From: Penicillus capitatus
Taxonomy: Eukaryota; Plantae; Chlorophyta
DNA: 64,000 nt
Direction: 5' to 3'
Assembly (NCBI GenBank): GCA_965649825.1
Contig: OZ287702.1
Coordinates: forward strand, 610,786 to 674,785
In this document: positions 47,285 through 58,004 of the stretch, piece after piece
Layout of the letters: the number at the start of each line of letters is the position of its first letter
How positions within the stretch are numbered: position 1 is the first letter of the stretch
Program-made: the position numbers and the translations under genes
Notes under the pieces: generated by a model
Database searches by the model: none
Seen by the model: the letters and a program-made list of their open reading frames with translations, nothing else
What the model was told of the DNA's origin: nothing

Positions 47285-49136
47285 CTTGCCAGCAAAGAAA
47301 AGTTAGATAAATCCTTATTGTGTCTGATTCGGCCGCAGTTTCTCGGCGACTGTCGACGAATCGTATGCGAGAAGGTGCCGCATCTGGCAAAATCAGACAG
47401 GCGATGAAGGGTCCTTATTAATCCAATATGCCCTGTGCGAGGGTAGAACCCTCGCGGTTTCTTAACCCAAGAGGTAGAGGATGGAGTCGCTAACAGGACG
47501 CTCAAATCGTAGAAGGTCACAGAATGTGACAGAAAGGGCAGCACAGAAGACGCAATATGCCCTGTGCGAGGGTAGAACCCTCGCGGTTTCTTAGCCCAAG
47601 AAGTAGAGGATGGAGTCGCTAACAGGACGCTCAAATCACGGAAGCTCTCAGAATGTCCACACAATGCCGCAGAGGCTGAGAGAAGAAGGACACGCACAGC
47701 AACCCGCGGAACGTCTTTCTTGATTCTCAGCTTCGACGATGCGATCGTGAGACACAGGAGAGCTGTAAAGCATCACGCTCGAAGAGCACCTGCGCTGTCG
47801 AAGGGATGCCGGCTGTCAGCTTGCATACACCAGAGTTTCAGAGAAAGGCACAAGCAAGGAAATGATTCCTCCGCGTTCTCCACCTTCTGTAGCCAATCAA
47901 CAAGTACCCAATGGCGTTTGAAACCTGGCAGGAGGCCATTGCCACTGCCAGCTGCCGTCAGAGAGTGAGGATGGACGTCCGTCCGCGTCATGTGCTCAAC
48001 AGGAAAAGGGATAGAACAACACGTCGAGCTAAACTGCCACGACGGCGAAGAACCCACGAACACAGCAAGTGGAGATAGCATTGCTGTTTCAGCATTCTGC
48101 AACTCAAACGGATATATCTTGTCTGTCATTCGCATCGGGTTTTGTCGCGTTGCGAATAGACTTCCTTCTGTGCTGCCTACAAAGAGGCAAAGACACTGTA
48201 TTCGTTGCCATGCACCATACAGATTGCCACAATAGTGGATCGGATCGATTTTACTGTGTGGTGAGAGACTTCTGAACAACGCAATCCACCCTGGAACCCG
48301 ATACGGACTGGAAACCACACTGACCTGGAGTCCGACACAGAACCGCGCTTGTTGCTTCACTGGACTTGCCACCGTGTTATCCATGCCGGTGCAATGTGTG
48401 CCGCCATCGTGAAAAGGGTATCCTGGTTTCGAGAGGTCTCGACCGCGGCACGTGGCCCCGACAGCGGGCAAAGATATACAGTTTGGAAAGGAACGTACTG
48501 CCAGGCGATCCCCGGGTGTGCCACTTGCATCGCCTATCTCGATCGAGACGCGTTGTGCCAAAGGGGTAGCTCGAAATCGATGTTGTCGATTATGTAGCCT
48601 ACGGAACGCGTCTGCATACTCGACAGACGACACACAGACAGCGCCCGTCCCACATTTCGACCCACACAGTTAGCAAGCAGCAGTAGCAGACAGAACCGCA
48701 ACGGCGTTTTGTCGGTCGAGGAGACGAACCGCACCTGTTGTCCGGCCCGCCGCTCAGTATTCGGCGAGCGTGTATGGCGGGCGATCGGGCGCGTGGCTCT
48801 TGATGATATGATTACGTCGCATCGTACAAATCGACCTACCGTTTCCGTCCGTGCAGAGGAAATTTTCGGGGGGGGTACAGGTTTCGGAGAACACGTCTAC
48901 CGTCAGGATCCACCCGGAGCGCATGGTGCAGCTGGACCATATCGAGATGTACGATGCAGGGGTGGATCCTTGCGCTGGACTCAGAGGAGGGTGTCCCGTC
49001 AGTGTTGACCCGGTTGAGTCTGGCAAGCCCGCACCGAGTTGGATGGGTTCCGGCGGGGAAAGGACAACGTCGCGCCAAGTTCGGGGGCCGACGATAGGGT
49101 CACCACCCGGACAAAAACTATTGTCCACGCGACTTT
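47285..49136. repeat. Left arm of a long inverted repeat (1852 bp); unclassified repeat element
   Basis: Its reverse complement aligns over the full length to 58005-60090. A sampled 100-bp window had 7 mismatches, mostly transitions. Confidence 0.95.
47425..47637. repeat. 129-bp tandem repeat, about 1.65 units, in the left arm
   Basis: aatatgccctgtgcgagggtagaaccctcgcggtttctt...gagtcgctaacaggacgctcaaatc is repeated. Confidence 0.9.
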
Positions 49137-50201
49137 ACAGTTGGTATATTTTGCGCATCTTGCTGAGCATGTTCCTTTCCGTTTGTGATGTACATATAGG
49201 CTCAGTATATCGATCGAATGGATTTTTCTTGTAACAAACAGAGGTTTGCCAGACGTACTCGGACTTCTGTTGTTTTATTTAGGATTTTCGCATGAAGATT
49301 CTTGTAAGTATATCCAGAAAGACGGTCCTCTGCTTAGACAGCTAGAACAAAGCGAAGCCGTGAGTTGGTCGTGTTTCCCTTGTCTTCTTTAGCCTTCTTC
49401 TGCAGGGAGCTGAGTTCCGTTTTTAATCGAGATATCCGCAAAATCCGTTTGGAAGTCGCAGAAATTAATGAAAGCTATGTATGCTCTACGGTCTTCACAA
49501 CCGCCACTTGACGGAGGTTCAAGATACAACACGAAAAACGATCTTCCTCATATCACCGAGCAAATTGTTCAAGCACCCGCTGCGCTTCTGCTAGAATCCT
49601 ATCCGCCGTCAAGTTTCACCAATACGTAGGCAACGATCGCTTTTGTTTGACCTACCACGTCTATGTTGTGAGTGATTCCGCCGTAAGCATAAGCTTCGAC
49701 TATTTAACACTTCATGCTACATCTGCCAATTACCAAGAATGTTTCCAGTACTACATCTTGTTCACTGTTAAGTTCACCTAACCAGCGAGTCGCGAAAGCT
49801 AATTGAAGTTGCCGATGGATTCATCTCTCGGGGTGTGATGAGCGAGCAGCGCTCTCAGAGAACCATCGATGAAACAGTAGCGCGTGTTCACAAAAAACGG
49901 CTATTACAAATGATCGTTTACCTGCATTCTATTTGCGATGGCAGGTGTTTACGATCGACTACCGTTTGGAAAACCGATGTGTCTGTTCGCTCGAAGAAAG
50001 TGAGGGAGAACCATGGCTGTCTGCCAGGGCTTCCTGCCAACAGAATCAGATGACAAAATATGGTGCCGAGTGAAAGTAAAACAATTCCTGTCGTGAAACA
50101 AACAGTCGTTTTCAAACTCATGTTGCTCATTGAAATTGAAGTCTATGGAAAAGTCATCAAACATCGGAAAAAACATTCGACCGGACACTGGAGTCGTCAG
50201 C

Positions 50202-53200
50202 TTAAAAAAATGGCATCAATCGGTTGATCTCACATTTCAACCAAACAAAAAAAACTCTCGACATCCCCCAATCGCACTCCAAGGAAACTGTCCCGTTTTC
50301 TATCAGGAGCAGTTTCAAGTATACAGCAGCGTATTCGGAAAGAAGATAAACGAAAACCAGGAACACTGTAACGTTGAGCAGGCCGCATGCTGCGGTAGCT
50401 GCACGGATGCTCGTCTGCGAAAGTGAGTCGGTGCTTTTTAGAGATGCTGTAATGAGCGTTGTGATGAGAGATGTAAACAACGAACCTATTTCGATTCTAT
50501 TCAAAGTATGAAACCTCTTGCGGTAGGGCATCGCTGCGATATGCGCTATCGTAGCGACAGTAATGAAACCAGCAACACCGATGATTGGGATCTGACTGTC
50601 AAAGCGTTGAGCGCAGAAAATCAGGAAGGCGATGATGACCTTCCGCAGCGTTATGGCGACTTCCCAGTAGCGACGCTTTCCCAGTTTGTAGCTACGGTAC
50701 AGGAACCCCATGATCTGATAGAACCAACTGTTGCCATCGGTCAATCGTTCTTCGGCTGATCCGAGCGCCAGAACAAAGAAAATGAGAAGTCCGCCGTAGA
50801 TCACAACGACGAAGAAAGTCATCAGCAGCGTCAGCATCAGATGGTCGTCTTTGAAGCACTCCAGACTCGTGTCCACTGCCCAGTAACTGACTTCTTTCGT
50901 TTCCACATAATTCGTAGAGTCGTTTACGGCGATGCACAGGACAGTGCTGAAAGCTGTTTTCAGAACGGAAACAGCAGTAAGGTACCACAGAACCATGATC
51001 GATAGCATGCATCGTACTGCCAGGTAACTCAGAGGTCTCCCGACTCTGCGGAAGACAGTGACCATTGTCCAGAAGACTGCCATAAAAATGAACGAGAGAA
51101 TCGGGATAGCGCATGCACTGATGATCAATGCCATGACTGTTGGATGCACATGCGGATCATCTTCAGTAGAGAGACAAACAGCCGAGAACCGGGTCGTTTC
51201 CGACGCAAGACCCCCCATGAACTCTGCATCCATCGCAGCTTCGATAGCATAAGACAAACGCATTTGATTGCTTACCTGCTACTTGAGCAATAATTAACAT
51301 GGAAATGGCCCACCCAACATCCACCGAAACAATCAAGACAGTCACTTGGATAAAGTTCAACGTGATCTGCAACAAGATCACGAAGCGCAGGCAGGCTTGC
51401 AGATTATTAACCTTGAGCATTTCAACGGCTTTCCACTTTGCCAGGACTGTTTCACTGGCAGGTATTCCGTCGTCATCGTCGATCTGTCGGATGCCTTGAC
51501 TACGAATGCTAGAAGACTGCGCTTCTTGTGGCGCTCTTTCTTCTGATCTGTCGGTTGGTGAAAGCTCCGGCAGCTCAATAGATCGACTGCGCCATTCACA
51601 GCCAAGAGACACCGCCATCTGTCCATTGCTCATTGTACTCATATTCCTTCTGGTCGCATTGCTCATTGTACTCAGATTCCTTCTGGTTGCATTGCTCACT
51701 GTACTCAGATTCCCTCTGATTGCGACGGCCGATAACACCAAGAGAATCACAGATGACGTGCATATTACTAAGAGATTCCCGACCGTTGTCGGGCATACCT
51801 CGCAGCTTGAAGAAAAAGTATTCCCGTGCCCTTTCTCACAAGATCCGCACAATGGACCCGTATGACCCTGCATTCGATAACACCGCTGACTACTTTAGTG
51901 CTTGAGAAAATAAACTCACCGGAGCACACTGAGCCTTCCTATACTCCTCGATCTGCTCATAGCTGATGTTACAGGTATCCGTGTTCATTGCCATGTCTCG
52001 CATCGTTTCATCACGAGTATCATACTCACAGGCATGAGAGGTCAGACATCTTTGAATGTCCTCAGAACACGGTACGCTCTGCCAATATCCTTCGTTCGGG
52101 ACGATGCTTGTCGTTTCACAGTTTCCGTTTTCGGGGCATGGTTGACATTCTTTTGCTGTGGGATCGAAGTTATAAGAAGTGCTGCTGCACTTGCTGCAGA
52201 TTCTGTTTTCAGGAACAAGCACTTCTCCAATCGTACAGTTCCGCACTTCGACAGTGATCGTCAAGTCCTCCATCACCTTTTCATTGAAAGAGATGGTCAA
52301 GTTGTAGATTCCGGGGTAACCAAAGCCCACCATCCTCGGATAGGTGACTCGATTCTCCCTGACAGAGAGGGAAAAGTCCCCGACCAAAAACTCTTCTGGC
52401 GATGTCAGCGTGGCAGTGATTTCGTGATAACTGATCGGCGATTCTTGATGCAGCCCATCCAACAACCGGACAGTGATTGTTGGCAACGGAGTGCCACTGG
52501 CGTAATTCTTAATTACGTACGTCTCCCCAGTCGACGCTTCTGTCGTCTCTCCTCCAGATTCAACCATCACCATTGCCATCGAAGCGAACGAACCAACAGT
52601 TGAGCCAGACACTTTCGCGTTGTTCTCTTTCCACGAAGCACAAAAGTCTTTTTCTGAATGGATGCTGCTCAGCATCATCGATTCACTCTCGTTGAGAAAC
52701 GTCAGACTCCAGTCAGGCTCAACCGAAGAGCAGTCGGTGCGAATGGCTTCTAAGTACCCTGTCAAAATCGCCCCACCATACCGACGTGCTTTATTGGCCA
52801 CGAATCGACTGTTGATGATGGCGGCGAATGCACAACTGGAGCCATTGTTTAAGCATTCCTCAATGCCCATGGGATTCAAAAAATACAGTCCACCTAAGGG
52901 GACAACAAATAAGATTTCTTTCGTGACTCTCTAGCACACCTGCAGCTTTGGCTTTGTTGTTTACGATGTCGCTTCCTTCCAGCTGGAGTGCCACTTTCTG
53001 CGTTTCGCCAGCCTCAAATGACATGGCTCCGCCGTTACACTTGGCAACATTATTGCTGAATATGCACCCAGCACATAAAACGCTGCTGTTTTTTGCTTTC
53101 ATCGCACCGCCGTCTTCTTCGGCAAAACAATCTGATACCGTCAAATCTCGCGCTGTCACTGTGGACGAATCTGATTTGATCGCGCCTCCGCGTTTGGCAC

Positions 53201-56200
53201 GGCCTTGAGTCATGACTGTGCTTTCGACGAGAACTGAGCTTTGGGAGGATGCGTAGATAAAACCGCCTGAGCCTGATGCACTCCCGTCGATGAGATACGA
53301 GTTCGAGATTCTCAAGCTCGTTCTTTCTGCAGACAACGTTCCTCCACGCGCAGAAGCAGAATTACCCACGAAAGTCACATTGCTGAAACGTCCACGATTC
53401 AATTCGGTATGGCAACTCGCCCCTCCATTCTGCCCGGCTTCGTTGTTCTTGAATAACGTGTTATCTATGATCAGCAATGGGATTGAGAATGTGTAAAGGC
53501 CTCCGCCGTTGAGAGCCTTGTTTCTTTCAATCGCCATTTCCGTCATGGTGACATTCGAGGCATCATCGGCATAGAATCCGCCACCGTTATCATCAGCAGT
53601 GTTCCTCTCGATGGCCGTGTCTTTCACATCAACTCTCGACGCAGTAATGTGAATACCACCACCGTGACGCCGAGCTCGATTTCCTTGAACGGTTGTGGCG
53701 TTCACATGGATAGTAGACTCGTCTAGAAAGATGCCGCCGCCGTCAAGGATGCAATTGTTTCCTTCGACAGTCACTTCTGTCACGTCAGCGTCTGAGTCAT
53801 ATAGATACATGCCGCCACCCAATTCATCGCAATGGTTTTTCTGGATGATCGTTTCGCTAACACTGACGTTTGAGCGTTGCGCGAAAAAGCCGCCGCCCTC
53901 CTCATCAGCGGTGTTTCCATCGAATCTCACCCTTCTCACGATGACGTTTGAGCGTTCTGCGTCGATGCCGCCTCCGTCATCGGCAGCACTGTTTTTCTTG
54001 ATAACCACATCTTGTACACGGATACTTGAACCAGTAGAGGAGATTCCGCCACCATCTTTGCCACAATGATTTCGTTTAATGACTGAACCCCTCACAACGA
54101 TATTAGATTCGTCGTGCGCAGAGAGGCCTCCGCCATTTCCGCCTGTGGCATTGTTATCGGCAATGGCAGTATCTTCGACACTGACAGTAGAGATATGCGC
54201 ATAGATGCCTCCTCCATCGTTGTCACAGGAGTTTTCCTGGACGATCGCCTTCTTGACATTCATTTTCGAAGAATGCGCATGAAGGCCGCCGCCATCGCGG
54301 GCAGCCCGATTTTTCTCAACGGTCGTGTTGCTCATATCAACTTTCGATTCGAAGGCATAGACGCCGCCGCCGCCTCCACTGCTCACAATATTTCCGCGGA
54401 TGGTCGTTTCTTGCGTGATAAGAGATGTGTACTGCACAAAAATACCAGCGCCGTCATCGCCGGCACTGTTTCTTTCGATAGTTGCTCTGATGACTGTGAC
54501 GTTTGAGGCTTTTGCGCAGATGCCGCTGCCATCATTCCCAGCTCGGTTTCCGTCAATGACCACTTCGCTCAAAACAACATCAAAAGAGTCTCTGGCGAAG
54601 ATACCACCGCCATCGCTTGTCGCGTTGTTGGATATGAAGTCCGTGTCTCTGATCACCGTCGACGTGTTTTTCAGGTAGACTGCACCTCCACTCGGCGAAG
54701 TCGCACATTTCTGAACGGTCGTGTCATCGGCAACAAATTCTGTATCCTCCAGACGACGGCATCTTCCTGCGACTCCAGCCTTGTTTTGTTGAAAAATGGA
54801 TTCATCAATTCTCAGAATCGAGTCGATGGCATTAATGGCGCCTCCGGTGCCATCTGCTCTGTTAGCGTCAAACCGACAAAGGCGGATATGCATGGAAGTC
54901 TTTTCTCGCAGAAAGACGGACCCCTTTTCTTTGGCAACATTCTCCAGAAACGTGCAGTTCTCTGCGAGGATCTCTGATCTGCTTGCGCTGATAGCTGCAC
55001 CATAACGCGCTTCGTTTTGTCGAAAAGTGCAATTGCGGAGCAAAACGACCGTATCTCTGAAATCCATGCACGGGCTGGTCTTGTCTCTGTGTCCAGCGAC
55101 AGTATTCTTGGAGAACTCAGCCGTCGACAAGTTCAGAGAGCCTCCGATGATGTGAAAGATGTGAACATGGTTCCCCGCAGCAACGATTCGGTCCACGGAA
55201 GTGCGAGACTGTCCAGAACTAAAGAAGATGGAGGATCCGGATCCGGATCCGGATCCGGATGGTTCGATTTGCCGATTCCGCCGTACGGAGAGATTCCGAA
55301 GTCGATTATCCTTGGCCATCCAGACACCGCAGACGCCGACGCCGTCGCAGTCGTTGTCGTGGAAGTCGAAGTCGTCAACTTCGAGAGCAAGACAAGAACT
55401 GATATCGACCTTGACTGCCACGGATCCATTCAGATGATTGTTTCTGAATTCAACATGATACAATCGGACTCTTCCTTCTCTGCCGAAGGAAGGACATGAC
55501 TCGACACTGACGACAGACTCCAAAGGGAACTCAGTTTCGAACGAGCATTTCTCGAAGACGAAATTGGCGAGTGTCACGTTTGCACTCCTGCAAATGCAAC
55601 GCTGTTGGGTGACCATCGAAAGGCGAAGTGTGTTTGCTACCTTATCGTAAACACTCCTTCGTTCTGGCCCGGACACGATATCGTCGTTCTGCGGGAATGG
55701 TTAATGACGCTCTTCGATTGTTCCTCATTCCCAGCGAAGCCATTCACTGTCAGTGGCCATGAAATGATGGAACGAGATGAAGGTTTGATTGTCTTTGTAA
55801 CGTTAAAGACAACCGAATCTCCAGTCTTCGTGCAAATAATAATGCGTTGAAGATCATTTTCGACTTCGTCGAGAACAGCGTCGTCCACCAACCACGTTCC
55901 CGTTTCGTCAGCAAAGCGTTTCTTCTGTTTCTCGCTCAGAAGGCATTCGTTTACTAGACATCGGCCCACGTCCGGTTGCGGATGGGGAAAACGGGAAGTT
56001 GTTGCGAACCTGCCGGACTTATGAAATCTTCTCGCTCTGCGCCGATTTTGCGAAGCAGCGCCCGTTTTCCGTTTTCCCTCTGTACACAACACAACGTATA
56101 ACTCTAATGCGCGTGTAAAACGGAACTAGGTGAACCTTTCCGTTGAGATGACCGGTGGATCTTGTGTTCGACAGCAAGAGGGCTTCGCTGCCTCTTGCGT

Positions 56201-56390
56201 TGCTAGACCCTAAGTGCGTTTGAGTAAGCTGCAGAAAGCAAAGTGCGGAAGAGTACGTACTGCTTTCTTCATGAGATTTGACCAGCTGTGCACGACTCGG
56301 ATGATGCCACTGTCGATCCTCCGCACAGTTTACGGGCAGGAGGTCACTTCTGAAAGCGAGAAACCACAGAAAAACGGTTCCGACACACAT
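50202..56390 (-). CDS. Receptor-like membrane protein C (long beta-helix repeat array + Cys-rich + multi-pass TM), multi-exon
   Basis: Signal-like MCVGTVFLWFLAFRSDLL at 56390 (tentative). ORFs 55637-56092, 52860-55676, 51890-52879, 51163-51873 and 50202-51263 join by GT-AG introns. Many GGG(I/L)YA..S repeats, CTIGEV...CSKC...CQPCPENGNC, and GFLYRSY...YWEVAITLRK. Confidence 0.85.
51624..51722. repeat. 33-bp in-frame tandem repeat x3 inside receptor C
   Basis: cattgctcattgtactcagattccttctggt(c/t)g x3, encoding RGNLSTVSNAT-RRNLSTMSNAT-RRNMSTMSNG. Confidence 0.92.
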
Positions 56391-58004
56391 GTTTCGTTGC
56401 GCGAGCACTCGAGAACGAGGATTTGTCTGTGCTGTGTGGATATAAAATGCTGCTACGGTCTTTTCAGAATGAAAGGTCCAGCGACGGAAGATCAAACGAT
56501 TGCAAGTCTGAACAAACGCACAAGGACTTAGATCGTCGAAGATGCTGCTCTCAATGTGTTGCATTGATACGGGAAGCCAGTCGCCCGTGTAACTGTCGCG
56601 TCAGAATCTGAATGAAGCTAGCTGGCTTGGCATTCGTTCTGCCCGGCGGTCCTAACCATCGTTTCGCGGTGGATGGCCAGGACAATGCGATCTGAAGCGA
56701 TGAGCTTCTATTGCTAGCACACCTGAGTCATACACTTTATCGGAAATGTTGGAAGATCGACGAATGCTTTACCGTTTTTGCGATTTGACGAGATGCGCCC
56801 TTTCCGAAAGGAATGAACGTTTCATGTCAACGGAGAGATGAATGTAACCTCGATCGAGCCTATACGCACAGCGATTGTGAACGCTCTACAGCAGTCGGGT
56901 GGGAACAACGGAAGGCGATTAAATTGCGCTTTGATGCAAAAAAGTGACACAAGCGTAACACAAACACCGAACCATCTATCAGACATCTACAGCGACGCTC
57001 GACAAATAACTGCATACCAGTGGATAGTATTCAACCTGTAACCTGTGGGCCGGTGTAGTCAATGATGTTCAAATCCGTTAAGCCTTCAGCTCTGTCGATT
57101 GGCACTAAATGATAGATATGTAACCCCGCGTTTATACCCATGAAAGTGCGATACAGAAAACTGTAAGCGCTTGACAGCGTCCCTTCCACGCTAAACATAG
57201 AAAGGGAGAGTTTACCGACAACGCGAGTGCACATTGTCTTCGCGATTAGAGAGGGCGTTCGTTGTGAGGGATCCACCGTGTCGAACACAACGCCACTCGC
57301 GTTGGACGATATTGAATCAATCATCTAGCAAGGGAGAGATGTGACGGCGATCTGTTGTCTCTGAGAGATCGATCAGCGCAGAGTCCTCAGTGCAACCAAA
57401 TCGCTTTAGTTCGGCAACGCCATTGATGCTTCGTCCAATGAGCAATGAACGAATGCGAAACAACAATTCATAACTTCTTCTTTGTTGTGTTTGTCCGATT
57501 GCGTCGCTAACGCAGTTTGCTCAAATCGAGTTGTCATTGCTTTGTGTATGTGCTCTTGAGATGTCAATGCACATCTTCTTTTGACTTTATGTCGAACACC
57601 TTAAGCGCAGATACTTCAGCAATGTGTATGCGACATGAAGGTTCTCTTTCGTTTTGCTTCTCTATATGTAGCTACGACTTAAACAGCAACGAAGTAGACG
57701 GTGCGTGCACAGCACATATGCTATCATCGTCTCTTCAGGTTCCATTGGATTCAAAACTTGCGATTGGTAGGCATTCAAAGTCAACAGTGTTCGTCAGAAT
57801 ACAAACGGATCAGCTTGAAGAACTTTAAAATGTGAAAACTACTCCACTGATGAGTGCAATCGATGAAGAAGAGGCGAAACTGTTTTTCCTTCGGCAATGA
57901 AAGTCGTCAAAGTACCCACTCGATGAAAAAACGCAACTGTCCGACATTAAGAACCCGCAAGATATGGTCGCGTTTTCTGCGACTTTCGACAGCTGACGGA
58001 TCCA

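Noticed and set aside
47773-48633. 286-aa ORF in the left arm and 244-aa counterpart (58754-59488) as a real gene or transposase
   Set aside because: No recognisable motif. Differences between copies are largely non-synonymous (4 of 4 in the first 18 codons compared) and the upstream frames differ.
49040-49100. GKDNV peptide resembling the end of Ty3/gypsy RNase H (GKDNVVADALSR)
   Set aside because: Only five residues match, and the following ADALSR and upstream RNase H motifs are absent.
57031-57324. 97-aa ORF and neighbouring exon-like fragments inside the inverted-repeat interior (also 49200-49500 and 38016-38420)
   Set aside because: No homology or motif recognised and no coherent gene model.
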